The translations under genes were made by a program, and so were the position numbers. Of a stretch of 64,000 bases of DNA, positions 48,955-62,174 are shown one piece after another. The notes beneath the pieces are model-generated. The model made no database searches. It worked only from the letters and a program-made list of their open reading frames with translations, and was not told where the DNA came from. This stretch comes from Octopus bimaculoides (taxonomy: Eukaryota): positions 125,953,726 through 126,017,725 of the forward strand of contig NC_068984.1 in the NCBI RefSeq assembly GCF_001194135.2, written 5' to 3'. How positions within the stretch are numbered: the stretch's first letter is position 1; every line of letters starts with the position of its first letter.

Positions 48955-49245
48955 ATTGTGTCTGCTTTCCATGCTAGCATGGGTTGGGCGATTTGACTGA
49001 GGACTGGTGGACCAGGAGGCGACACCAGGCTCCAATCTGATTTGGCAGAGTTTCTACAGCTGGATGCCCTTCCTAACGCCAACCACTCCGAGAGTGTAGT
49101 GGGTGCTTTTACGTGCCACCAGCACGAGGGCCAGTCAGGCGGTACTGGCGACGGCCACGCTCGAAATGGTGCGTTTTACGTGCCACCTGCACAGGAGCCA
49201 GCCCATCGGCACTGGCAACGATCTTGCTCGAATGTCCTTTCACGT
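48955..49245 (-). mobile_element. RTE-family 3' UTR copy
   Basis: reverse complement of the same motifs. Confidence 0.85.
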
Positions 49246-49589
49246 GCTTCAGTTCTATATATAATTTGAAATGCTGAATGGATCCCCAATTTTACAAAAA
49301 TATCCTTTGTTGCAGATATTCATATCATTTCCTGATCATAAACAAATAAATGCACAATAAACCACAAATCCAAAATAACCAGTTAAGAGTTATCTCCCAC
49401 TTAAATACTGCATTATTTACCATGAAAGAACTTTCTATATGGCTTGTAGTGCATAAAGCACTCATGCTTATACTGCTGGAGGGCAAGAACCTTCCGTTAT
49501 GGCTGTCAGAACAGCCAAATCACGTGATTTTGGCCTTCGTTGACCTTGTCAATGACAGACGTCCACAGATAGACATAGCAACCAATTAC

Positions 49590-49900
49590 CCCATCAACAA
49601 TATTGAACTGGCTCACTTGGTTACAATGACAAGGGTTCCAGTTGATCCAATAAACAGAATGACCTGCTTGTTAAATTAATGCACAACTGGCTGAGCACTC
49701 CACAGATACATGTACCCATAACATAGTTCTCAGGGAGATTCAGTGTGATACAGAATGTGACAAGGCTGACCCTTTGAATTACAGGTACAATTCATTTTTG
49801 CCAGCTAAACGGACTGGAGCAATGTGAAATAAAGTATCTTGCTCAAGGGCACAACACACTGCCAGGAATCGTGAGCCAAATACCCTAACCACTAAGTCAC
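49590..49900 (-). mobile_element. SINE family C
   Basis: reverse complement of ..gtctgtggagtgctcagcc..ggatcaactggaacc. Confidence 0.78.
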
Positions 49901-51129
49901 ATGTCTTCACTATCAACAATATGTATATATATAGTCCTCCAATGCCCCCTCCCTTCTCAAAAGTTCTTGTACTTCCTCTACAGCAAGACACTTGATCCTG
50001 TCTCTCTTTCACACTCTAACCTTTCATCATCTGACACAAGATCACCTCCTCCAATGCCCCCTCCCCTCTCAAAGATTCCTTGTCTTGCAAGCTACTTGGT
50101 GACCATGCCACTGCTGGTGCCAAGTAGAAAACCATCCAGTCCACACTGTAAAGTGATTGGCATTTTGAAGGGCATCCGGCTGTAAAAACCATGCCAAAAC
50201 TGACCTCACCTGTGCTGGTGCCATGTAAAAAGCACTCAGTCCACTCTGCAGGGTGGTTGGTGCCAGGAATGGCATCCAGCCATAAAAACCATGCCAAAAC
50301 AGAAACAGAAGTCTGGTGCAGTTTGGTGAAGTCTGGTAGATGGAAACTGAAAGAAGCCCAATGTGTGTGTGTGTGTCTCCTTGTCGTGATATCATAAGAT
50401 AATTCTGACAGTTATCATCATACAAGCAATGTCTTTTGTTTCCATTCTTCTGTGTAAACATGTTTGGCTATGAAGAAATATTACTGTCAAACAGTTCAAC
50501 CAATGCCAGCATGGAAGGCAGACATTAAATGGTGATAATGGTAGAATATTAGTATCTATTTAGGCAGTTAACCAGTTAAGAATTTGGAGGAAGCAAAGAG
50601 AAAAAAAATATCAGGAAAAAAAATAAACAAATAAATAAAAGTAATTGAACAAATAAGTTATGCAAGATAACAAATCTTTGTGTCTACAGAATCATACATC
50701 TATTAATAGATAGCGTCTACCCTAAACTCATTAGGGTGACTGACCGCACCACTTACCATCCATTTATTAATTTGATACTGCTCTCTATTAGCCAGAATTA
50801 ATTGTCAAGAGTTTTATACTACCAATTTATTTAGTATTGGTGGGGAAGGATGGGAGTGGGGTGGTTTGCTAAAAAAATATTTATGGTGTTTACCCATTCT
50901 CTCAAATATAGGGACATATTAAATTTTTCTTGGCAAATAAAAGTTATTCCTTGTTAAGATGCATTTTCTTTTTTTAGAAGTAATAAACTAATTAAAATTA
51001 TATAGAATGGTCAAGGAATTAGGAACTAATTCTTGTGTCATTAATATGCTGCAGCTGTTGTTGTTTAACCACAGGTGAGTTCTGTTTGATAGACATGTGA
51101 CTGATAGTACTTAGCCACCCTTTATTTCA

Positions 51130-51505
51130 GGCACCGTGGAGGAGCAATGGCCCACTGGTTAGGGCAGCGGACTCACGGTCATAGGATCGCAGTTTCGATT
51201 CCCAGACCGGGTGTTGTGAGTGTTTATTGAGCGAAAACACTTAAAGCGCCATGAGGCTCCGGCAGGGGATGGTGGTGAACCCTGCTGTACTCTTTCACCA
51301 CAACTTTCTCTCACTCTTACTTCCTGTTTCTGTTGTGCCTGTAATTCAAAGGGTCAGCCTTTTCACGCTGAATATCCCCGAGAACTACGTTAAGGGTACA
51401 CGTGTCTGTGGAGTGCTCAGCCACTTGCATGTTAATTTCATGAGCAGGCTGTTCCGTTGATCGGATCAACTGGAACCCTCGTCGTTGTAAGCGACAGAGT
51501 GCCAA
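51130..51505 (+). mobile_element. SINE family C with tRNA(Arg)-like head
   Basis: atggcccactggttagggcagcggactcacggtcataggatcgcagtttcgattccc head; aagggtacacgtgtctgtggagtgctcagcc tail. Confidence 0.8.
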
Positions 51506-53675
51506 CATTTCAGGCACCATACATTTTACACTACATTGTCAGTGTAGTTACTATTATCATCATCATCATCATTCTTACATCCACTTTTAAATGCTTGCAT
51601 GGAGGGAGACAGAACTCATTGGGGCAGATTTTCTGTGGACAGATGTTCTTCTTGTTGCCAACCTTCACCTGTTTCCAAGTAAAGTAATATTTCTTCATGG
51701 CCAGACATGTTTACACAGAAGATTGGAAGCCAAAGACATTACTTGTATGATGATGACTATCAGAATTATCTTATGATATCAAGAAAAGGAGACATACACA
51801 CACACATATACATTGGGCTTCTTTTAGTTTCCATCTACCAAATTCACTCACAAGGTCAGCCCAGTTCTTTAGTATCCAAAGTGCCATGCAGTGGAACTGG
51901 ACCTGAGGCCATGTGGTTGGGAAGCAAAATTTATTGATTTTACTCTAGTTAAATTGATTGAACTTCAAAGGAGAAAGACTGTGGTGTTTATTTTTCCCTT
52001 CCCACACTGCAAAGACATTAGAGAAATGATATGAAATAACCACAGAAAGGAATAGAAACTCCAGTGCAGACTCTGTTTGACAAAAGTGTAGCTCCTACTT
52101 TATGACCCTCAAAAAGCCATTTGAAGATAATGACAAAGGCAGATGATGAAAGAAGCTTATTATGATAAAGATGATGGTTACAAGATTGATCATAATGGTA
52201 TACATAGTTCAGAATCACATCTGAATGAGAATAAAAAGTATAACAAAACGACAAAAAAACTCTTTAGTATGTTAATAAAAGTGGAAAATTGGCAATTTAA
52301 TGAGATAACAAGGATTTGGTGACAAACATTCACCATCTGTTGAAAATCATTATTATATTTCTTTAAAGTTACTGGTTTTACTGTGATAAACTGTTCCTCA
52401 TAAGACTTCCAATACAAGTGTTGTGTGTTCTTCCACATCTGATGTTCATTTGTTAAGAATTATACATACATACATACATACATACAAACAGGCATGCATA
52501 CATGCATACATACATACATAGATAGATACAGTATGTACATGCCACTGTGTGTGTGTGTACACACACACACAGTCTCAGTAAACCCCATAAAGGATCATGA
52601 ACTTCTAAATTGTTGAAATTGGTTGGCTCTACACCTCACATGAGTGACATCTGTTTTAAATATTTTCTCTGTAATTTGTATGCAAAGTAAAGATGTTTGG
52701 GCTTTAAACTCAAAACACTAACATTAAAGTACACATGTGCTTCCAATAATCACTCAATCTGCTAGAAATGCCAGCCAAAATCTCCCTCACTTCACCATCT
52801 CCCATCATAAAAAACAAAAGCAAGAACACATTAGATTATGTAATTCTAGATACACTACGTTAGCATGCACTGCCTTTTACATCAACTGTATTATGAGCCT
52901 CCCATATAGCTGTGGTAAAGGTACAGTAGTAGTAACAAGCGAATGGAAGAAATTAAAGCAGTTATTGCCTCTGTTAACAACAAAGGATTTTTCTCTCCAT
53001 GCAAAAGACAAACTGTTTAATATACATTTAAGAAATATGATGGTGAGAGCATATGGCCTAGTGACTAGGATGTTACACTCTTATGATTGTGATTTCGATT
53101 CCTGGATAGGGCAGTGCATTTTGTTCTTAAGCAAAACATTTCATTTCATGTTGCTTTACTTCACTCAACTCTAAATAAACTCCAGTAATATCTGGGAAGT
53201 TAATCCTATGACAGGCCTGCATCTGATTCAAAAAAGGGTTATAATATTGGTTTCAAATTTGTGTGTGTATCACCTGTACTCCTGTATCAACCAGTCGGTT
53301 GGATGTTGTTATACATTGCTGATCACAATGCACTTCCATTTTTTCCTTTATTGTACTCTTCTTTTCCACCTTGGCCCAAATCATTTTTAACTAAATCACC
53401 TTCTTATTGTCACAGAGGACTTCCAAGTGGCCTTTCTAATCTTTTGGACTCCACTCAGTAACTGATAGCTTCACTCATCATCAGCAGTGATCATCACTTG
53501 TTATGAGGTGAGGATCATGATCAACGAAACCAGGGAGAAGGCCTCAAACATCTTGATGAAGAATCAACAAGTCAATGTCTTCGACATGATGCAGTTACAG
53601 GATGCTATCAGGTGAAAAGATTTTGGAGCTGATGGAAATGTTGTAGAAACAGAAAACTATGAGGCTTGTCTGTAT

Positions 53676-53720
<45 letters not shown>

Positions 53721-53723
<3 letters not shown>

Positions 53724-53877
53724 TCATCATCATCATCGTCATTTAACGTCCGCTTTCCATGCTAGCATGGGTTGGACGATTTGACTGAGGACTGGTGAAA
53801 CCAGATGGCTACACCAGGCTCCAATCTGATTTGGCAGAGTTTCTACAGCTGGATGCCCTTCCTAACGCCAACCACTC
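53721..53877 (-). mobile_element. Short RTE-family 3' UTR copy
   Basis: (cat)n ttaacgtccgctttccatgctagcatggg.. Confidence 0.85.
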
Positions 53878-54380
53878 TATATATATATAGACATACACAC
53901 ACACACACACATATTTAATTGATGAAAGAAACGGAAGATGGATTTACTACAAATCTTTATTCAGCATGATGATCATTTCGACTCATCCTGCAGCTGCCCC
54001 TTAGGGGTGCCACTAGATATATTGAGTTCTTCTTGGCATGTTGTTCTTGCTCATTGTATGTGGCTACACTGACAGAGGGTGAAACCCACCAATGTGAATA
54101 TATAACATAAATTAAGATAGTAAGGATAAAGAATAGAACCTGTCAAAGAAAGTAAAAATTAAGGAGGATAGATATACACTCTTTGACATGAACACGTATG
54201 TAGACATATAAACATACATGCATGTGTCACCAAGTGAATGTCATTTTATGTGGTTATAAGCTACCAAGGTGGTGGTATTAATGGCAGACATCTGACTGTT
54301 ATGTCACAACTGCTGGGTAGCAGCTTCCTCAGTCAGAAATTACCACTCTTTAGAAGTTTGTTTCAGCGGGCACCCTCACA

Positions 54381-54381
<1 letters not shown>

Positions 54382-54423
<42 letters not shown>

Positions 54424-54750
54424 GTTTAACGTCCGCTTTCCATGCTAGCATGGGTTGGACGATTTGACTGAGGACTGGTGAAACCGGATGGCAACACCAG
54501 GCTCCAATCTGATTTGGCAGAGTTCCTACAGCTGGATGCCCTTCCTAACGCCAACCACTCAGAGAGTGTAGTGGGTGCTTTTACATGTCACCCGCACGAA
54601 GGCCAGTCAGGCGGTACTGGCAACGGCCACACTCAAAATGGTGTATTTTATGTGCCACCCGCACAAGAGCCAGTGCAGGGACACTGGCAACGATCTCGCT
54701 CGAAAATCCTACAAAGGCCAGTCAAGCGGTACTGGCAGCGGCCACGCTCT
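54382..54750 (-). mobile_element. RTE-family 3' UTR copy
   Basis: (cat)n gtttaacgtccgctttccatgc.. plus subrepeats. Confidence 0.88.
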
Positions 54751-55419
54751 AACGTACATAAGTATTCGTATGTATACATAGACGCACACCCATATATATT
54801 TTTATTTCTAATCTTAGTGGTGGTTGGCACACATATTGGCTCTCACCCTCTCCATATTTGTAATCGTGGCTTTCACACAGTATTTTCTTCTTCCTTTTTT
54901 TTTTGTTTGTATCCCTTTGTGAAAGTTGCATATTTTAATTTTGTAATCCCTTGTAGCTAATAAAGAAAACAGTATTGTTGTTGTTGTTGTTGTTGTTGTT
55001 ACTTATTCCCCGTTAATTAAAAAGCAGGTTGTCCGTTGAAAAATAAAGTCACTGTCTCATCAGACAGAAATTATGGTATGATTATTACCAAAGCATATTA
55101 ATAGGATTTTGTTGTTTCAGAGCTAATTGTTAAAAATAACTTAAATTGAAACAAAGTCAACAGACCAAAATATGCATTCGAACTGTTTAGAAAATTATTT
55201 TATTTGATAAAAAAAAAATAATAATAAATAAGGAAATATAAAATTGTTATTTTAACCAATTTGTGAACTTCAAAGCTTTATAAAGTAACTTTGTTTGTTA
55301 TGACTGTGAAGTGATATTTCTTCCTTTGTGCAATTTGTAGCCTGTGCTACTGTACCACCCACCTAACAAATTTATGGTTTTGTGCTCTTGTAACAAAAAA
55401 ATTATTGTCAATAACAATA

Positions 55420-55620
55420 ATAATAATCCTTTCTATTATAGGCACAAGGCCTGAAATTTGGGGGAGGGGGATAATCGATTACATCGACCCCAGTATGCAA
55501 TTGTTACTTAATTTATCAACCCTGAAAGGATGAAAGGCAAAATCGACCTCGGCGGAATTTGAACTCAGAGCATAGCAACAGGCAAAACACTGCTAAGCAT
55601 TTCATCCAGTGTGCTACTCA
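55420..55620 (-). mobile_element. SINE family F (gcctttcatcctttc..gataaattaagtac core, (ATT)n tail)
   Basis: relatives at ~42660-42780, ~43935-44135 and ~44230-44395 on the + strand. Confidence 0.75.
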
Positions 55621-55802
55621 ATATGGAGTACAGCTGTTGAGTACAGCTGAATACTCTCTCTACAATTGTACAGTGTAACTGTACTTTGTAACAGAAACTT
55701 ACTCCAAAACTGTATTCAATAATGAAGCCAAAAAGCCAATAAAGGTGCTTCAACTTAGTTTATAAAAAATAGCAATTAAATCACTCTATATCACGCTCAA
55801 CT

Positions 55803-56300
55803 CATCATCATCATTTAACGTCCGTTTTCCATGCTGGCATGGGTTGGACGGTTTGACTGGAGCTGACCAGCTGAAGAGCTGTTCAGGCTTCCATGTCTGT
55901 TTTGGCCTGGTTTCTACAGCTGGATGCCCTTCATAACACCAACCCCTTTATTGAGTGTACTGGGTGCTTTTGCAAAGCACTGTCACAGGTGTTTTTAACA
56001 TGATACCAGCACCTAACAGCCTGCAAGATTAGGGATTCTTAGCTGGGGCCTGTATGCAAGGGCAACCATATTTTCATTTAGCTTCATGTGTCTTTTCAAG
56101 CACAGTAAACCACCAGGAGTTTTGGCCCCTTGTCACCCCGCTGTGAGTTCCATCATCTGTAGATCCTTTTTCACCACTTTGACCACATCTTCCTGGGTTT
56201 ACCCCTTCCACATCTTCCCTCTACAATTAGAGATTGGCACCTCTTGGTGCAACTGTCTTCATTCACACACATTACATGGCCATACCAGTGCAGTTTTCTC
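55803..56300 (-). mobile_element. Diverged RTE-related 3' end with ORF C-terminal remnant
   Basis: tail motif plus remnants resembling EGRCGRGKPRKMWSKVVK. Confidence 0.7.
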
Positions 56301-56319
56301 TCTTGCACACTCTTACTCT

Positions 56320-56735
56320 TTACTCTTTTACTCTTTTACTTGTTTCAGCCCTTTGACTGCGGCCATGCTGGAGCACCACCTTTAGTCGAGCAAATCGACC
56401 CCAGGACTTATTTTTTGTAAACCGAGTGCTTATTCTATTGGTATCTTTTGCCGAACCGCTAAGTTACAGGGACGTAAACACACCATCATCAGTTGTCAAG
56501 CGATGGTGGGAGGACAAACACAAACACACAAACATACACACACACATACATATATATATATATACATATATACGACGGGCTTCTTTCAGTTTCCGTCTAC
56601 CAAATCCACTTACAAGGCTTTGGTCAGCCCGAGGCTATAGTAGAAGACACTTGCCCAAGGTGCCACGCAGTGGGACTGAACCTGGAACCATGTGGTTGGT
56701 AAGCAAGCTACTTACCACACAGCCACTCCTGCTCT
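56320..56735 (-). mobile_element. SINE family B tail 1 (young)
   Basis: near-identical to 18858 and 61178 copies. Confidence 0.88.
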
Positions 56736-57039
56736 TGAAAAAAAAAAACAACATGCTGAACAAGGTGTCCCAAGTTCATTGCACATAGGAAAAAAAAGAT
56801 GAGATTGTCATAGCTGGAATACTTTTGATCATAGCTCTGCTCAATCAGAACTGACCAAGGCTTAAACAACAAAATTTTACCGTTCAGACACACCACATAG
56901 CCCCTATATGCTCTAGTTATAGTTGTCTCCAAGTTCACACTATATATCTTCTACTTTTTACTTGTATCAGTCACTGGACTGCAGCCATGCTGGGGCACTG
57001 CCTTTAAGGGGTTTTGTTGAATAAATTGAACCCAAAACG

Positions 57040-57284
57040 TATTTAAAACTTCTAAGCTATGTAATTATTCTCCAAAACTCCTTTGCCAAACTGCTAAGTG
57101 ATGGGGACATTAATGAACAAGCACCAATTGTCAAGAAACGGTGGAGAACAGACACTAGTGCACATGTGCACACACTCACGCACACACACACACACACACT
57201 CGCACGCACACACACACACACACATGTACGCAAGCACACTCATGCACACACACACATGCAGACACACACATGCACACACACACA

Positions 57285-57319
<35 letters not shown>

Positions 57320-57480
57320 CATGGGCTTCTTTCAGTTTCCATTTATGAAATCTACTCACAAGGCTTTGGTTGACCCGGGGCTATAGTAGAAAACACTCGT
57401 CAAAGATGCTACGCAGTGGGACTGAGCCCAAAATCATTTCGTTGGGAAACAAGCTTCTTACCACACAGCCATGCCTGTGC
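57040..57480 (-). mobile_element. SINE family B with expanded (CA) spacer
   Basis: head and core motifs on the minus strand around a CA-rich tract. Confidence 0.78.
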
Positions 57481-57781
57481 ATACCGTCAGAGTATACAGC
57501 AACAGAGTGCAGATGCACTCTACAAGTGTAGCGTACAGCTGCACTGCACTTTAATGGCTGACTGCCGCCATAAATAAGGTACAGTTCAAACTACTAACAG
57601 TTAAATTAAAAAGGATCTCAACTGTAAAACATAACAAATGTATTTGGAAAAATAATTATTTATTCATTGATTTTTATTTTTAACTATTTTGTAATTTTAT
57701 TTTGTTTTTGTTTTTGATTTTTTTTTTGTCTTTTGTTCTTGGAATATTTATCCATTTAATAAACTATCTTCATTACTATTA

Positions 57782-57914
57782 TCACCATATCGTCATAGTC
57801 ACCATCGTCATCGTCATCACCACCATCGTCATCGTCATCACCACCATCATCGTCATCGTCATCATCTTTACCACCATCACCACAATCATCCTTGTCCTCC
57901 TCCTCCTCCTCATC

Positions 57915-57973
<59 letters not shown>

Positions 57974-58500
57974 TACTACCACCACCACCACCACCATCAT
58001 TACCACAACCACCACCACCACCATCATCATCACCATCATAGTGATCTTCATAGTCATCATCATCACCACTCCATTACCACTATCCTCAGCCTCCTGATCA
58101 TCATCATCACCACAACCACCAATACCNNNNNNNNNNATCATTACTACCACCACCACCACCACCATCATTACCACAACCACCACCACCACCATCATCATCA
58201 CCATCATAGTGATCTTCATAGTCATCATCATCACCACTCCATTACCACTATCCTCAGCCTCCTGATCATCATCATCACCACAACCACCAATACCAGCATC
58301 ATCATCGTCGTCATCACCATCATCATCATTATCATCCTCTTCCTCATCACCAACACCATCACCATCATCATCCCTGTTGTCACTCTCATCATCATCATCA
58401 TCACCATCCTCCTCATCATTATCCTCATCACCACCTACACTACCATCACCACCACCAACACCACTACCACCATTATCTACTGTCTCTATAACTACTACCA
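57782..58500. repeat. (CAT/CAC)n trinucleotide low-complexity tract
   Basis: direct reading; source of the spurious poly-M/V/D ORF 57782-58510. Confidence 0.9.
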
Positions 58501-58939
58501 CTTTCTTCAACAGAGGGGAGGGGCTGATTCATCTAACACACTTAGTATTCTGTAACCTAGGTCGGTGGCAATCATTTCTAGCAGACAATTATAAAAAGTG
58601 ATTTAAAACAGATTTGCATGAATTCATATCCTCAAGCATCTCTCAGTAAGTGTGACACATTCTCTACAAAATATTATGTACCATAATAGATTGAAATTCT
58701 AAGGGGGTGGGGGGGAATAACAGAAACAAGAGCAGAGACAAAGTTCATGTTATATATATATGTATATATGTATATATATATGTATATGTGCTCCTCTGTG
58801 TTTGCATGTGTGTGCGTGGGGGTGGGGTGGATGGGTCTGGGATCATCTATATAATAGAGTATCATTTTAATATCCTAATAGGTTTCATTTTTCACTCTCT
58901 CTTCCTCTCTCACTCTCTCTCTTCCTCCCCCATTTATAT

Positions 58940-58942
58940 CAT

Positions 58943-58992
<50 letters not shown>

Positions 58993-59042
58993 GCATTTAT
59001 ATACATACATATACACATACATACATACATACATACATACAT

Positions 59043-59073
<31 letters not shown>

Positions 59074-59129
59074 TAGACATACATACATGCATACATACAT
59101 ACATACATACATACACATACATACATACA

Positions 59130-59160
<31 letters not shown>

Positions 59161-59175
59161 GAATGTACATATATA
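58940..59175. repeat. Compound (TACA)n/(CA)n/(GACA)n microsatellite
   Basis: direct reading. Confidence 0.9.
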
Positions 59176-60336
59176 CATAACAAGTCAAATGTAGTTGTTT
59201 GGGACAGACAAGAAAAGAATGTACTGTCATAGAAGTCAACTACCCTACAGATTTGAGGTGAATATCTCTGGAAATCAAAGAGAAGATACTAACAATGGAC
59301 AACTGTTTCAAAACCTGCAACATTTATATCAATAATAATTGGTGCCCTCGTTTTGCTTGTAAATGCTAAAGTAATCTGGAAAACATGGGGTTTTCTGAGA
59401 AAGAAATCAATCAACTAACATGAACATTATATATACAATCTATACAATTATATATACAATCTATACATCATATGTATATACATATATATACATTATATAT
59501 ACAATCTATAAATGGAACAGTAAAAATATACAAGATTTTTCACAAGTTTAAGCTATGACATTGTTTTTGTTAATCCACATTCTTATGATAAAGCTTTGTA
59601 TCTTTGTTAGAAACCAGCTCTTTCCTTACAGGAAGACTTCAAATAATTAAAAATAAAAGAGAATATACATACACACACACACACACACACTTAAAAGGTT
59701 GCTTGCTGGTTATGGCCAGTCAGGAGACACATAACCTCTCTACAAACTGTAGGGAGGTTATGTGACTCTGAAGAGTCACCTATACCACTAAGAATTTTAT
59801 AGGAGCAAAACCACTGGTCACTCCCTGACCAGCCATNNNNNNNNNNNNNNNNNNNNNNNNNNNNNNNNNNNNNNNNNNNNNNNNNNNNNNNNNNNNNNNN
59901 NNNNNNNNNNNNNNNNNNNNNNNNNNNNNNNNNNNNNNNNNNNNNNNNNNNNNNNNNNNNNNNNNNNNNNNNNNNNNNNNNNNNNNNNNNNNNNNNNNNN
60001 NNNNNNNNNNNNNNNNNNNNNNNNNNNNNNNNNNNNNNNNNNNNNNNNNNNNNNNNNNNNNNNNNNNNNNNNNNNNNNNNNNNNNNNNNNNNNNNNNNNN
60101 NNNNNNNNNNNNNNNNNNNNNNNNNNNNNNNNNNNNNNNNNNNNNNNNNNNNNNNNNNNNNNNNNNNNNNNNNNNNNNNNNNNNNNNNNNNNNNNNNNNN
60201 NNNNNNNNNNNNNNNNNNNNNNNNNNNNNNNNNNNNNNNNNNNNNNNNNNNNNNNNNNNNNNNNNNNNNNNNNNNNNNNNNNNNNNNNNNNNNNNNNNNN
60301 NNNNNNNNNNNNNNNNNNNNNNNNTATATATACATA

Positions 60337-61170
60337 CAGGGTGTGCAGTGAATAAACTGTCATCTAAATTATGCAAGAATCAAAATAACACTGACATCTC
60401 ATTTTAACAGATGTATTTAGCAAAATTATCTTGAAATGCTAAAGAGTAAATTTATTCAATAAAATCGCCATTGGCTTCAATCACGGCCTCCAGACGACTT
60501 CAGAATCTCCTGCAACTCTTCTGGAATGTCCCTTGTTTAAGTTGGTGAATGCTGCCATAATCCTTGCCTTCAGTTTATCTTTCATGTTGCAAGGAATTTT
60601 GTTGGTCTCTCACCCAGCTGTGCCCCACACATAATAATCAAGTCTGGGGAGTTAGGGAGTTGCAGTCTGGGGAGTTAGGTAGTCAGATGTTAGGTGTGAT
60701 GTGGTCGCAGAAATTGTCTGAAAACCATGACTGGGTTCTCCTGCATGTGTGGCATGGTGCAAAGTCCTGTTGCCAGATAAAGAGTATTCCAGCAGCCACC
60801 CTCTTGACCCAGGGCAGCACTACCTCCTCCAGGCACTTGATGTAGGTATCTGTGTTGAGTGTGAGGCCATGTGAGAAGATGAATGGATGTTTGATTTTTA
60901 TCACTCTCGGTACATGTCCTTAAATTGCGTTGTCCTCAGATTGACACTCAGACACTCTGAAATGTTTGTATTGAAGCTTCCAGCGTGAATGCCAAGCAGT
61001 ACAGCATGTCGTTTCCAAATTTCTGGCAGAGTGAATTGCGCCATGGTGCTGTTCTTCTCACAGACGGTGCCCAAATGATACTATTATACTGTGTAGTGAA
61101 CAAAATTAAAAACAATGTGCATGAGTGAAATTAAAAAATAAAATGTTGACAATTTATCCATTTCACCTTG
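60337..61170 (-). mobile_element. Internally deleted Tc1/mariner element, maT-like
   Basis: ta-cagggtg start; minus peptides MAQFTLPEIWKRHAVLLG.., YIKCLEEVVLPWV..WQQDFAPCH..WLPNSPDCN..LDYYVWG. Confidence 0.8.
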
Positions 61171-61177
61171 TTTATAT

Positions 61178-61585
61178 TACTCTTTTACTCTTTTACTTGT
61201 TTCAGTCATTTGACTGCGGCCATGCTGGAGCACCACCTTTAGTCGAGAAAATCGACCCCAGAACTTATTCTTTGTAAACCTAGTATTTATTCTATCCATC
61301 TCTTTTTGCCAAGCTGCTAAGTTACGGGGACGTAAACACACCAGTATCGGTTGTCAAGCGATGGTGGGGGGACAAACACAGACACACAAACACACATACA
61401 TACATATATATATACATATATACGACGGGCTTCTTTCAGTTTCCGTCTACCAAATCCACTCACAAGACTTTGGTCGGCCCGAGGCTATAGTAGAAGACAC
61501 TTGCCCAAGGTGCCACGCAGTGGGACTGAACCGGGAACCATGTGGTTGGTAAGCAAGCTACTTACCACACAGCCACTCCTGCGCC
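61178..61585 (-). mobile_element. SINE family B tail 1 (young, full length)
   Basis: complete head gcaggagtggctgtgtggtaag..gggttcagtcccactgcgtggc and tail aagtaaaagagtaaaagag. Confidence 0.9.
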
Positions 61586-62128
61586 TATATATATAAATAA
61601 GGTGAAGACATCAGAGCAACAACACTTTATACAAGTCTGCTCCAACAGAACCAACTTTGGACTATATAACAACAACAGCAACAACAATAACAGCCACAGC
61701 AACAATTAATACAACAGAAATACTATTGATACTTAAATTAAAGAACATGGATCTTCATTGGTTTTGATTAGTAACTAAATACTAATCATCAAATGTACTA
61801 CTAACTGATTCAGTGAGAATATGATGTAAATGACCGAGTATTCTGTGGTGTAGTCAGGTCAAGGATCTCCTCATAAGCTGATGAGACTTGCAACTGGTAC
61901 CATGCAAACCAGTTCTACCTGTTCCATGGTCAGGTGTTCGGTGACTAAACCAGTTTCCCTACTTGAGTAGCTTGCTATTCTTGTGAGGAGTGTGTCTGGA
62001 CACCCAGCAGAACTAAAAACAAGACCTTGTCTCCCTCAATATCTCTGACTGGCCAAAACCAACAACCTTTTAAACATTACTGCTCTAAAATTTTAGAGTG
62101 TGCTTCTTTTCAGACTTATGAACTACTG

Positions 62129-62167
<39 letters not shown>

Positions 62168-62174
<7 letters not shown>

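Noticed and set aside
51140-51210. tRNA-Arg-like sequence
   Set aside because: It is the head of a SINE with a broken acceptor stem, followed by family-C body sequence, so it is not a tRNA gene.
52015-52330. Purine-rich unique segment with a 59-codon frame (MMKEAYYDKDDGYKID..)
   Set aside because: There are stops in all frames nearby, no credible acceptor in frame and no recognisable homology.
55046-55070. aagtcactgtctcatcagacag, similar to the 47015 motif, with CTGATGA on the minus strand
   Set aside because: No GAAA or stem II follows; the short match may be chance. CTGATGA at ~61879 and ~1845 (minus strand) fails the same way.
57960-58290. Apparent ~155-bp tandem duplication (also around 34773-34782 and 18129-18138)
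   Set aside because: Near-identical sequence on both sides of a 10-N gap is typical of unmerged contig overlaps.
57782-58510. 242-aa poly-Met/Val/Asp ORF and similar HTHT/IYIY/CVCV ORFs
   Set aside because: These are translations of microsatellites, with no splice or homology support.
58514-58630. ctttcttcaacag acceptor with a downstream gtaagt; similarly ttcttgcag at ~63294
   Set aside because: Early stops or unrecognisable peptides; these cannot be told apart from cryptic sites without RNA data.
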